Shown one piece after another: positions 1 through 8,521 of a stretch of 43,755 nucleotides of DNA. The notes under the pieces were generated by a model that did not search any database, was not told the origin of the DNA, and saw only the letters and a list, made by a program, of their open reading frames with translations. How positions within the stretch are numbered: position 1 is the first letter of the stretch; each line of letters starts with the position of its first letter. Location: contig JAKORA010000334.1 in NCBI GenBank assembly GCA_029778075.1, forward strand, positions 1-43,755, given 5' to 3'. The position numbers were made by a program, and so were the translations under genes. The DNA is from Bacillota bacterium (GTDB taxonomy: Bacteria > Bacillota > Dethiobacteria > DTU022 > UBA8154).

Positions 1-609
1 ATTGAAGACTGGTCCAATGCCGCCGTCAGCATGCGCTACCTGGCCGGGGCGTTAAATCTGCCTTTTATGGCTATACGCTCCATGCTGGGCTCAGATATAC
101 TTAAATACAACAAAAGAATAAAAACTATCGATGATCCGTATGAAGGAAAACCAGTGGCACTGGTGCCTGCCGCCAAGCCAGATGTAGCCATAATACACGT
201 CCAGCGCGCCGACGTCATGGGTAATGCCCAGGTCTGGGGCTTCACAGGCAATGATGAAAATAAAGTCCGGGCAGCCAAGCATACCATCATCACCTGCGAG
301 GAAATCGTCTCCTCTGAAGAGATCAGGAGAAACGCCAATTTAACCATTATCCCCTTTTATTGTGTGGATGCGGTGGTCCAGGTGCCCTACGGGTGTCACC
401 CACAGTCCTGCTACGGCTACTATGCTTACGATGTGCTCTTCTGCGGGGAGTATCACCAGGCCAGCAGCACCCGCGATGGGTTCCTGCAATGGCTGGATAC
501 CTATGTATACGGATGTAAGGACCACTGGGACTACTGTGCGAAGGTGGGCTGGCACCGGCTGCGTAAACTGACCTACCTGGAACGCCAATTTAACTGCATT
601 CGTGCCTAA
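1..609 (+). CDS. CoA transferase subunit A (glutaconate CoA-transferase alpha-like), 5'-partial
   Basis: The frame is open from base 1 (IEDWSNAAVSMRYLAGA...). Motifs include PFMAIRSMLGSD, PDVAIIHVQRAD..GNAQ and VDAVVQVPYGCHP..CYGYY. A matching beta subunit follows. Confidence 0.85.
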   Translation: MEDWSNAAVSMRYLAGALNLPFMAIRSMLGSDILKYNKRIKTIDDPYEGKPVALVPAAKPDVAIIHVQRADVMGNAQVWGFTGNDENKVRAAKHTIITCEEIVSSEEIRRNANLTIIPFYCVDAVVQVPYGCHPQSCYGYYAYDVLFCGEYHQASSTRDGFLQWLDTYVYGCKDHWDYCAKVGWHRLRKLTYLERQFNCIRA

Positions 610-634
610 CATTAAAGGAGAGGTGAGCCGTCTT

Positions 635-1483
635 ATGAAGGAACGTAGCTATACACCGGGTGAAATGATGGCGATTATGACCTGTAAAGAATTTAGGGAC
701 TGGGAAATCGCCTTTGTAGGCATCGGTATTCCCCTGATAGCCGGAATACTGGCCAAGCGTTTCCATGCTCCGCATTTAAGTCTGGTTTACGAATCCGGCT
801 GCATCGGACCTGAAAAATTGAGAGTTGATTTTAACGTTGGAGACTCCTCGGCCGCTGACTATGCCTTGAGCCTTACTTCTGAGTGGCGTGTATTCGGAGA
901 TCTGCAGCGCGGGTTTTACGACGTGGGGGTCCTGGGTGCCGCCCAGATCGACCGCTTCGGGAACCTGAATACTACCGCTATTTTCGGGGATAGGGATTAC
1001 TTTACACCTCTAGTGCGCCTGCCCGGCAGCGGTGGTGGTAACGATATCGGTTCCTCGGTAGGACGTGTAGTTGTAATGATGCGGCTGGGGAGAAACCGTT
1101 TTGTAAAAAAGGTGGATTATCTGACCACACCGGGCTTCTTGGACGGCAGCCCGGGAGCACGGGAACGGGCTGGGTTGCTTGGTAATGGCCCCTCGGCAGT
1201 GGTTACCGACAAAGCCCTTTTCTATTTTGATCCCTCAACAAGGGAGATGTACCTGGACACCCTCTACCCCGGAGTAACACTGGAGGAGGTTAGAGCTTCA
1301 GTCGATTGGGAGCTCAAGATTGCCGAAAACCTGAAGACAGCGCCCCCCCCTACTGAGGCGGAACTAAACGCTTTAAGGGCTGCGGACCCCGCTAACCTGA
1401 TTATGGGCGGCGTCAGCGAGCGGGAGAAACTTGACGGAATCGACGCCTATGTTAACCTGACCTTAAACTACGCCCGAAAATAA
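635..1483 (+). CDS. CoA transferase subunit B (GctB-like)
   Basis: Motifs FVGIGIP, LVYESG (catalytic Glu position), LGAAQIDRFGNLN and RLPGSGGGND. Start placed at ATG 635 after GGAGAGGTGA. Confidence 0.85.
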   Translation: MKERSYTPGEMMAIMTCKEFRDWEIAFVGIGIPLIAGILAKRFHAPHLSLVYESGCIGPEKLRVDFNVGDSSAADYALSLTSEWRVFGDLQRGFYDVGVLGAAQIDRFGNLNTTAIFGDRDYFTPLVRLPGSGGGNDIGSSVGRVVVMMRLGRNRFVKKVDYLTTPGFLDGSPGARERAGLLGNGPSAVVTDKALFYFDPSTREMYLDTLYPGVTLEEVRASVDWELKIAENLKTAPPPTEAELNALRAADPANLIMGGVSEREKLDGIDAYVNLTLNYARK

Positions 1484-1504
1484 TACGTAACAACAAGACT
1501 ACGA

Positions 1505-1548
1505 AAAGCGGGAACTGGTAAGGCGAAAAGCTTTACCAGTTCCCTTTT
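1505..1548. terminator. Bidirectional intrinsic terminator between convergent gctB-like and trmL
   Basis: Stem GGGAACTGGTAAGGC / GCTTTACCAGTTCCC, with AAAA on the left and TTTT on the right. Confidence 0.75.
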
Positions 1549-1564
1549 AAAAGATGAATGGGTT

Positions 1565-2026
1565 TTATCTCATGCCGGGAAAGCCCTGCTGGCGAAGGGC
1601 CTCATAGAGGGCAACGGCAACTGCGTTGGAAAGATTCAAAGAACGCGGTATCCCCTCAATCATGGGGATCCTTACACAATTGTCGCCCCATTTCTCCAGT
1701 AATTCTGCAGGGAGTCCTGCCGTTTCCTTGCCGAAAATCAGGAAATCATTGGACAGGTAGCTTATTTCTGTATATCTTTTTTTACCCTTGGTGGTAAAAA
1801 AATAATAGTTACCGCCCCTGTTAAAGCTTAAAAAATCGTCAAAACCCTTGTAGTGGAATAAGCGTAGATGTGGCCAGTAATCGAGTCCGGCCCGGCGCAA
1901 ATAGCGATCTTCCAGGGAAAAGCCCAGTTTCCCGATAAGGTGCAACGTCGCTCCGGTCATCACACATGTCCGGGCAATATTTCCTGTATTCTGGGGGATT
2001 TCAGGTTCGACCAGTACCACATGCAT
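1565..2026 (-). CDS. trmL: tRNA (cytidine/uridine-34 2'-O)-methyltransferase TrmL (SPOUT)
   Basis: Motifs VLVEPEIPQNTGNIARTC, RRAGLDYW, FGKETAGLP and RSLNLSNAVAVALYEA. Confidence 0.93.
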   Translation of the reverse strand: MHVVLVEPEIPQNTGNIARTCVMTGATLHLIGKLGFSLEDRYLRRAGLDYWPHLRLFHYKGFDDFLSFNRGGNYYFFTTKGKKRYTEISYLSNDFLIFGKETAGLPAELLEKWGDNCVRIPMIEGIPRSLNLSNAVAVALYEALRQQGFPGMR

Positions 2027-2029
2027 TAG

Positions 2030-2785
2030 TTAATCCTCCCGGCGGGCAACGCAGAATATATTTCGATCCTGCGCTGACGGTTTTTCCAGGCTGAAAGCTC
2101 TGTAGCTGGCTTCCAACTGCCAGCCGCTCCGGGCAAGCAGGGGCTCGAGCTCCTCAAGGGAATAAGAGCGTTCCCTGTGCTCCTCGCGTATCCTGGTATA
2201 TAACCCATTACCCTCGTGGATAAAAGCCGTCAGCTTTATTTTCCATATTTTATCTCCCGGCTCCAGGCAACTCTCCCAGACCAGGGTAAACTCCTCATCT
2301 TCCAGCCAGGAAATTTCGGGCGAAGTGCTGGCAGGCAGCTTCTCTACCCGGTTAATGTTAAAAATAAAATATCCTCCCGGGCGTACAGCAGAACGTATGG
2401 CGGTAAAAGCGTTTAACAAATCCCTTTCGTTAAGCAGGTAGTTCAAGCCGTCTTGATAGAGCACCGCCACATCTGCAGAAAAGGGCAGCTTAAGGGTGCG
2501 CATATCCTGCTGGTAAAAGTCTATTTCCAGGCCCATTTTTTCTGCCTTTTGCCTGGCCGCCTCCAGCATTTCTGCGGAGATATCCACCCCGCAAACGCTG
2601 TAACCTCTTTGGGCCCACGGCAAGGTAGAATTACCGGTTCCGCAGGCCAGATCGAGAACTTTCCGGCATGGTTCTATTTTAAAATACCCGAATAGCTGCT
2701 CCAGGTAGTCAGCCCACTCCTGGTAATTTACACCACTCAACAGGTAGTCGTAGATGCGGGCCAGTCCTTTGTAGGGCTGCTGCAT
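2030..2785 (-). CDS. Class I SAM-dependent methyltransferase
   Basis: Motifs VLDLACGTG and GVDISAEML, plus QQDMR. The real start is MQQPY at 2785 after GGGGAGG; the longer ORF extension lies inside a repeat. Confidence 0.85.
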   Translation of the reverse strand: MQQPYKGLARIYDYLLSGVNYQEWADYLEQLFGYFKIEPCRKVLDLACGTGNSTLPWAQRGYSVCGVDISAEMLEAARQKAEKMGLEIDFYQQDMRTLKLPFSADVAVLYQDGLNYLLNERDLLNAFTAIRSAVRPGGYFIFNINRVEKLPASTSPEISWLEDEEFTLVWESCLEPGDKIWKIKLTAFIHEGNGLYTRIREEHRERSYSLEELEPLLARSGWQLEASYRAFSLEKPSAQDRNIFCVARRED

Positions 2786-2810
2786 GCTTGCCTCCCCAAG
2801 ATAATATGGA

Positions 2811-3032
2811 AATGGAGCAGCGATTGCTGTAGGCGAGAGCAACTTGTGGAGCGAAGTCAAAAAGTTCACGGCGAAGCGAAGGCCGGAGACGACCCTGCCG
2901 ACATGGACGTCGGCAGCCGGCCTCTGACCATGGATGGGAATTGGCCGGGTAGGTCGGCGGAGGCCTGAGCAAGCCGTAGAACTTTACGAGCGGAACTCGG
3001 AGCTCCGCCCACAGCAAATCGCTGCTTCCATT
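2811..3032. repeat. 222-bp non-coding palindromic element 'A' (MITE/REPIN-like), complete copy
   Basis: Imperfect terminal inverted repeats AATGGAGCAGCGATTGCTGTAGGCG / CGCCCACAGCAAATCGCTGCTTCCATT, and inner arms AAAGTTCACGGC / GCCGTAGAACTTT. Related copies lie at 24529 and 32597-33373. Confidence 0.85.
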
Positions 3033-3046
3033 ATTATTGGAAATAA

Positions 3047-5509
3047 CTACTGTTCGTCATCGGGCTCCTGGCGGTTATTATGATCTTTGCTCTCGCTGTT
3101 TTGAGTATCTGCCTTTTCCCGTTCACCTGATTGTTTGCCCAGTGCTTCATGGAATTCCCTTAATTTTTTCTCGACGAGATAATTAATTGTCCCCTCGGGA
3201 TATTTCCCGTCTTCACCCCGTTCGCCTGCCGGTATCCCCGTCAGTATAGAGATACCCTCATCTACTGTTTTGACGGCATAAATATGAAATTTGCCGTCGC
3301 GGACAGCCTCCACGATTTCATCGTCGAGCATCAAGTTTACAATATTTTGATGGGGAATAATAACCCCCTGATCTCCGGTCAGGCCTTTAAGTTTGCAAGC
3401 GGCAAAAAAGCCTTCAATTTTTTGGGTAATACCCCCTACCGGTTGTATTTCACCTTTCTGGTTTACAGAGCCACTCACGGCAATGTTCTGCTTAATCGGG
3501 ACGCCGCTGAGGCTGGAAAGCAGGGCATATAGCTCGGTGCTTGAAGCGCTGTCCCCGTCCACCCCTTCGTAGGACTGTTCAAAGCAAATACTTGCTGACA
3601 AGGTCAGGGGAATTTTTTGGGCATATTTCTGTCCCAGGTAGCCGCTAATTATCATAACACCCTTGTCATGAATGCGGCCACTCATCTTGCTTTCCCTTTC
3701 AATGTTGACAATCCCCCTGCGTCCCAGGAAGGTAGAAGCAGTAATACGGGAAGGACGGCCGAAGATATAGTCCCCCAGATTTAAAACGGCAAGGCCGTTA
3801 ATCTGGCCTACTTTTTCACCTGACAAATCAAGTAGTATCTGTCCCTCCTCCACAAGCTCCAGAAGCTTTTTCTCATACTTGTCAGAGCGAAAAGTCTTTT
3901 CCTTAATAGCTTTTTCGACATGGCTTTTGCTTACATATCTGGCTCCTTCCATCCTGGCCCAGGCATCGGCTTCATAAAGAATCTCCACAATGTCGTTAAA
4001 GCAAGTGGTAAGCTTCTCCTGGTGATCCGCCAGGCGCGAGCTATATTCCATAACCCTGGCGACCCCCGAGCGGTCAAAGTGCTTTAAACCCTCTCTCCGG
4101 CAGTGATTGGAGATAAAATTGGCCATTTTGGCGATATTTTCTGCTGATCGTTCCATAACGGTATCAAAATCCGCTTTAACTTTAAACAGTTTGCGGAAGT
4201 CCTCGTCATAACGGTAAAGAAGCTGGTAAAGCAGAGGATTGCCGATCAGAATAACTTTAACATCCAGAGGAATGGGTTCGGGTTTCAAAGTGGACATGGC
4301 TAAAAGGGCATACTGTTCGCCAATGGTTTCTATGCGAATTTCTCTTGTCTTCAAAACGCGCTTTAAGGCCTCCCAGGACTGGAGATTGAGCAAAACATCG
4401 TTGGCCTGCAGTATCAAGTAGCCTCCATTAGCCCTGTGCAGCGCCCCGCTTCTAATCATTGTAAAGTCAGTGGTAATCATTCCCATCCTGTTTTCATGCT
4501 CCACCCGGCCGACAAGATTGTAGTAGGTGGGATTGGGCTCCACCACAACAGGGGCGCCTCCAGTGTCCCGATTATCAATAAAGAGATTGACGGCATACTT
4601 TTTCGCAGCAGCATCGGGCCCCCTCTTTAACCAGAAAAAGGGGAACTGTTTGTCGTCCTCCTCCTCATCTTTAAAATCACCCAGATTTTCCAGGACATCC
4701 GCTTTAAGTGCTTCCAGGTAACTTAAAACCTTGGGGAAATCCTTGTATTTTTCTTTTAACTCATCAATTAAATGCCCTACTGCCTGCAAGCCTGTTTGAT
4801 ATTCCAACTCCTTGAAGCGGTCTTTAATATTTTTTTCTTCGTTTTGAATAAGCCTGACGATTTCCATGGCTTTTAGCTGGACCTCGGTAGACTTTTTCTC
4901 CAACTCTTCTCTTTGTGATTGCTCCAGTTGGTTGTACTCCTCCTCGCTCATTTCCCTTCCCTCTTTTAGAGGTATAGTTAAAAAGCCTGTTCCGGTCTTT
5001 TTCAATACAAAACCATTTTCCTGGGCAACCCTGTTTAATTTCTCCACTAAAGCGCTCCTGATCTCCTGGAACTCTTTAAAAATAGCCCCTTTCTGCCTTT
5101 CGTACTCCTCTGATTTAAATACTTTAGGAATCTCTTCCTTTAATTCTTCCAAAAGATTGTCAATATCCCTGGCAAAGACGCTGCCTTTACCCGCCGGCAG
5201 GTTCAAGGCCATGGGTTCACTGGGATTTTTAAAGTTATAGAGGTAGCACCAGTCATCAGGAACAGGCTCCCTCTTGGCAACTTCCCGGGCAATGGAGTGG
5301 GCATAGCTGGTTTTTCCTGTTCCGGTAATACCGGTCATAAAAATATTGTAACCGTGCCTTTTAATATTCAGGCCGAAATTCATGGCCTTAACGGCTCTTT
5401 CCTGCCCGATAATATCTTCCAGCGGTTTTATCTCCTCAGTCGTTTCAAACTCAAACATAAGAGGGTCGCATTTTTTTACCAGTTGTTCAGCTTCCAGCCT
5501 GCTGTGCAC
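3047..5509 (-). CDS. Lon-like (LonC/AAA_32-type) ATP-dependent protease
   Basis: IIGQERA, Walker A GITGTGKT, GALHRANGGYLIL, and the Lon Ser-Lys dyad context VDGDSASS...QKIEGFF. GTG start at 5509 after GGAGG. Confidence 0.9.
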   Translation of the reverse strand: MHSRLEAEQLVKKCDPLMFEFETTEEIKPLEDIIGQERAVKAMNFGLNIKRHGYNIFMTGITGTGKTSYAHSIAREVAKREPVPDDWCYLYNFKNPSEPMALNLPAGKGSVFARDIDNLLEELKEEIPKVFKSEEYERQKGAIFKEFQEIRSALVEKLNRVAQENGFVLKKTGTGFLTIPLKEGREMSEEEYNQLEQSQREELEKKSTEVQLKAMEIVRLIQNEEKNIKDRFKELEYQTGLQAVGHLIDELKEKYKDFPKVLSYLEALKADVLENLGDFKDEEEDDKQFPFFWLKRGPDAAAKKYAVNLFIDNRDTGGAPVVVEPNPTYYNLVGRVEHENRMGMITTDFTMIRSGALHRANGGYLILQANDVLLNLQSWEALKRVLKTREIRIETIGEQYALLAMSTLKPEPIPLDVKVILIGNPLLYQLLYRYDEDFRKLFKVKADFDTVMERSAENIAKMANFISNHCRREGLKHFDRSGVARVMEYSSRLADHQEKLTTCFNDIVEILYEADAWARMEGARYVSKSHVEKAIKEKTFRSDKYEKKLLELVEEGQILLDLSGEKVGQINGLAVLNLGDYIFGRPSRITASTFLGRRGIVNIERESKMSGRIHDKGVMIISGYLGQKYAQKIPLTLSASICFEQSYEGVDGDSASSTELYALLSSLSGVPIKQNIAVSGSVNQKGEIQPVGGITQKIEGFFAACKLKGLTGDQGVIIPHQNIVNLMLDDEIVEAVRDGKFHIYAVKTVDEGISILTGIPAGERGEDGKYPEGTINYLVEKKLREFHEALGKQSGEREKADTQNSESKDHNNRQEPDDEQ

Positions 5510-5882
5510 CTTTTTCTCCTCCTTCCGGTACGTTCTATGCTTTACTAAATTTAAGAGTGTCACTTTAACTAACTAATTTTCTTTTTTCTTTCCTTATTTT
5601 CCTGTCAGAAGCAGAAAATTTTTATTTAGTTTCTCCTGAAAAATTGTTCTTTGAAAACTATATCTATAACCAATAACCTACAATAATCATATTCGAAGCT
5701 ATTACCTACCGGATATTGCTAATTTACTATGCCAGTTGGGCAATCCTTTGCAAAGGATTTTGCCGGCAGACTGGCAGTGAGCCTTATCTAACACGGTACT
5801 CGAAGCACAACCCTTCTATGAACCGCAGTCTGCAAATATGATCCGGGAAAGGTAACTCTTTCTAGCAGTCGAGCTGTCAGGC

Positions 5883-5911
5883 TTGACATTCTACAATCAA
5901 AGTTATAGAAT
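5883..5911 (+). promoter_or_regulatory. SigmaA-type promoter upstream of the acyl-CoA synthetase operon
   Basis: TTGACA (5883-5888), 17-bp spacer, TAGAAT (5906-5911). Confidence 0.7.
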
Positions 5912-6150
5912 CGAGCATGAGATCAGTTAACTTAAGCTTGCAAAAGGTACCCTATTTAATACTGTCGCTGATCTCCTAAACCGGAAGTTTTTAAAAGGAA
6001 AGAGGTCTTAAATAGTTAACCCTGAAAAACACCTTATAAAATTCCTGAAAAATAGAAATGTTTGCCACCATATTATTTATGATGATGCAGGGAATACTAC
6101 CGGTAGTGAATAATCAGCGGGATCTGGGACAAAAAGGAGAACGTTTGCCC

Positions 6151-6270
6151 ATGAAGGAGTAACTATGAAGGAGGAGCAATTATGAAGTAGCAATTTAGGA
6201 AGCAATTATAAGGAGCAATGATGGAGCAATGATGGAGCAATTATGAGGAGCAACGAAGGGAGCAATTATG
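6151..6270 (+). repeat. Degenerate tandem array of ~9 units of 11-17 bp (ATG..GGAGCAATT) ending at the start codon
   Basis: Units read atgaaggagtaact / atgaaggaggagcaatt / atgaagtagcaattt / aggaagcaatt / ataaggagcaatg / atggagcaatg / atggagcaatt / atgaggagcaac / gaagggagcaatt, then ATG 6268. Confidence 0.85.
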
Positions 6271-8520
6271 AGGGAACAATATTTGAGCAAACTGTTTAAC
6301 CCAGAGAGTATTGCCGTAATAGGGGCTTCAAAGAAGCCGGAAAAAGTAGGATATGCCATCGTTAAAAATCTGCTGGAATGCGGCTATCCCGGCAAGATAT
6401 ATCCCATTAACCCACGGGAAGAACAGATTTTAGGGCTGCGCTGCTATAAAACGGTCAGTGAACTGTTATCCTCGAAGGAAAAAGGGGATCCCGTGGGTAT
6501 AGATTTGGCTGTCATCGCCATCCCCGCTTCCAGGGTGCTGGAAGCTGTAAAAGAATGTGCCGGAAACAATATTAACCTGGTAATCGTCATTACGGCAGGT
6601 TTCAAGGAAACAGGCCCTGAAGGCCTGGAACTGGAAAAGAAACTAACAGCATTCTGTCATGAGCATAAAATACGCCTTTTGGGACCAAACTGCGTTGGAG
6701 TGTTGCATACCCATACTCCTATTAACGCCTCTTTTTCCAGGGGTTTTCCGCAAAAAGGGCATATCTCCTTTATTTCCCAGAGCGGCGCCATGCTTGTTTC
6801 CATTATCGACTGGAGCAAAACAGCCGGCCTGGGGTTTTCCCACTTTGTCAGCCTCGGTAACAAAGCCGATCTAAACGAGATAGACTTTCTCGAATATTCC
6901 GGTTGGGACCCGACCACCAGAGTAATTTTGTGTTATCTTGAGGAAATCGCTGACGGACCAAAATTTTTAGAAACGGCCAGCCGTATTTCCACCCGCAAGC
7001 CAATTATTGTCCTCAAAGCCGGCTCCAGTCCCGCCGGAGCAAGAGCCGCTACCTCCCATACAGGAGCCCTGGCCGGTTCCGATAGCGCTTATAACGCCGC
7101 CTTCAAACAAAGCGCCGTGCTTAGGGCCGAAAACATGGAAGAGCTGTTCGATATGGCTTTTGCTTTCGCCAACCAGCCCCTTCCCCAAGGTAACAGAATT
7201 GCTGTCGTAACGAATTCCGGAGGACCGGGCATTTTAACAACAGACTGTATAGAAAAGATGGGGCTGCATATGGCCCGCTTTACGGCGGAGACCTCCCAGC
7301 AGCTGAGAACTTTTTTGCCGCCCGAAGCCAGTATTTACAACCCGGTGGATGTCCTGGCGGATGCCCCGGCCGAACGCTACCGTTTTGCTCTGGAAAAAGC
7401 CCTCTCCGATCCACAGGTGGACGGAGTTATTGTTTTGCTGTGCCCGACGGCCACAACAGATCCCCGGGAAATAGCGCACAGTATCCTGGAAATAAGAAAA
7501 GAACTTCCGGAAAAACCGCTTCTGTCCGTTTTTATAGGCGGGAAGGAAATCCAGGAAGCACAAAACATCCTCAGGGAGGGGCGAATACCCTGCTATACTT
7601 TTCCGGAAAGAGCGGTTGCCGCCATGGCAGGCATGGTCAGGTACTATAGAAACAGTGCCGCGTTGCGTGAAAAAACAGAACTCCTAAAAAAGACAGCTAA
7701 AAAGGCGCAAAGGGAGCCGGAACCGCATTGCCCGGTATATAATACAGCGCAAGTTAAAGCCACCTTTTATGACGCGTTAAGAGAAAGAAGAGTGGTTCTC
7801 CTGGGACATGAAGGTATCAAGGTTCTCTCTGCGTTCAAAATCCCGGTGGCACCCATCAAGCTCGCCAAAGACGCAGAGGAGGCGGCACGGATAGCTGAAG
7901 AAGTGGGTTTTCCCGTCGTTCTCAAAATAGCCTCCCCCAAAATCCTACATAAGACTGACATTGGCGGGGTAGTTGTAGGGCTCGAAAACGGCAGGGAAGT
8001 AAAAAGGCACTTTGAAGAAATAATGCACAGGGTCCAGCGTTTTGTTCCTGATGCACCGTTTTACGGTATCGAAGTGCAAAAAATGATGCCTGCGGGAATG
8101 GAGATAATAATTGGCTCCTCTTATGATATTCAGTTCGGCCATTTGCTGGCTTTTGGACTCGGAGGCATATATGTAAATCTTTTCCAGGATTTTTCCCTAC
8201 GGCTGACTCAAAACCTGGAGGAATCAGACATCGATGAAATGATTAAAGAAACTAAAGCTTACCGCCTCTTGCGAGGGTTCAGGGGAAGCAATCCCCTGGA
8301 TATACAATCCTTAAAAGATACGCTTCTCAAGGCGGCACACCTGGTCACGACCTTCCCTGAAATCAGGGAGCTGGATATAAACCCTCTCCTTGTCTATGAA
8401 AAAGGGGTGTGTGCCGTTGATGTAAAAATTACTCTTTCTCATAATCTTGTGGATGATGTTCATCCGGTAGGGGAACGCGAAGAGCAATTAATCGAGCAAT
8501 TTGCAGAAAGGAGGAGCTGA
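6268..8520 (+). CDS. ADP-forming acetate/acyl-CoA ligase (fused alpha-beta ACD type)
   Basis: CoA-binding SIAVIGAS, RLLGPNCVG, FISQSGA, SLGNKAD, phospho-His motif SHTGALAG, and ATP-grasp motifs PVVLKI..ILHKTDIGGV and ELDINPL. No GNAT domain. Confidence 0.9.
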   Translation: MREQYLSKLFNPESIAVIGASKKPEKVGYAIVKNLLECGYPGKIYPINPREEQILGLRCYKTVSELLSSKEKGDPVGIDLAVIAIPASRVLEAVKECAGNNINLVIVITAGFKETGPEGLELEKKLTAFCHEHKIRLLGPNCVGVLHTHTPINASFSRGFPQKGHISFISQSGAMLVSIIDWSKTAGLGFSHFVSLGNKADLNEIDFLEYSGWDPTTRVILCYLEEIADGPKFLETASRISTRKPIIVLKAGSSPAGARAATSHTGALAGSDSAYNAAFKQSAVLRAENMEELFDMAFAFANQPLPQGNRIAVVTNSGGPGILTTDCIEKMGLHMARFTAETSQQLRTFLPPEASIYNPVDVLADAPAERYRFALEKALSDPQVDGVIVLLCPTATTDPREIAHSILEIRKELPEKPLLSVFIGGKEIQEAQNILREGRIPCYTFPERAVAAMAGMVRYYRNSAALREKTELLKKTAKKAQREPEPHCPVYNTAQVKATFYDALRERRVVLLGHEGIKVLSAFKIPVAPIKLAKDAEEAARIAEEVGFPVVLKIASPKILHKTDIGGVVVGLENGREVKRHFEEIMHRVQRFVPDAPFYGIEVQKMMPAGMEIIIGSSYDIQFGHLLAFGLGGIYVNLFQDFSLRLTQNLEESDIDEMIKETKAYRLLRGFRGSNPLDIQSLKDTLLKAAHLVTTFPEIRELDINPLLVYEKGVCAVDVKITLSHNLVDDVHPVGEREEQLIEQFAERRS

Positions 8521-8521
8521 C

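Noticed and set aside
5730-5800. c-di-GMP-I riboswitch (GGCAAA..GCAA hairpin)
   Set aside because: It lacks the following GACGCAAAG segment and the second hairpin on either strand.
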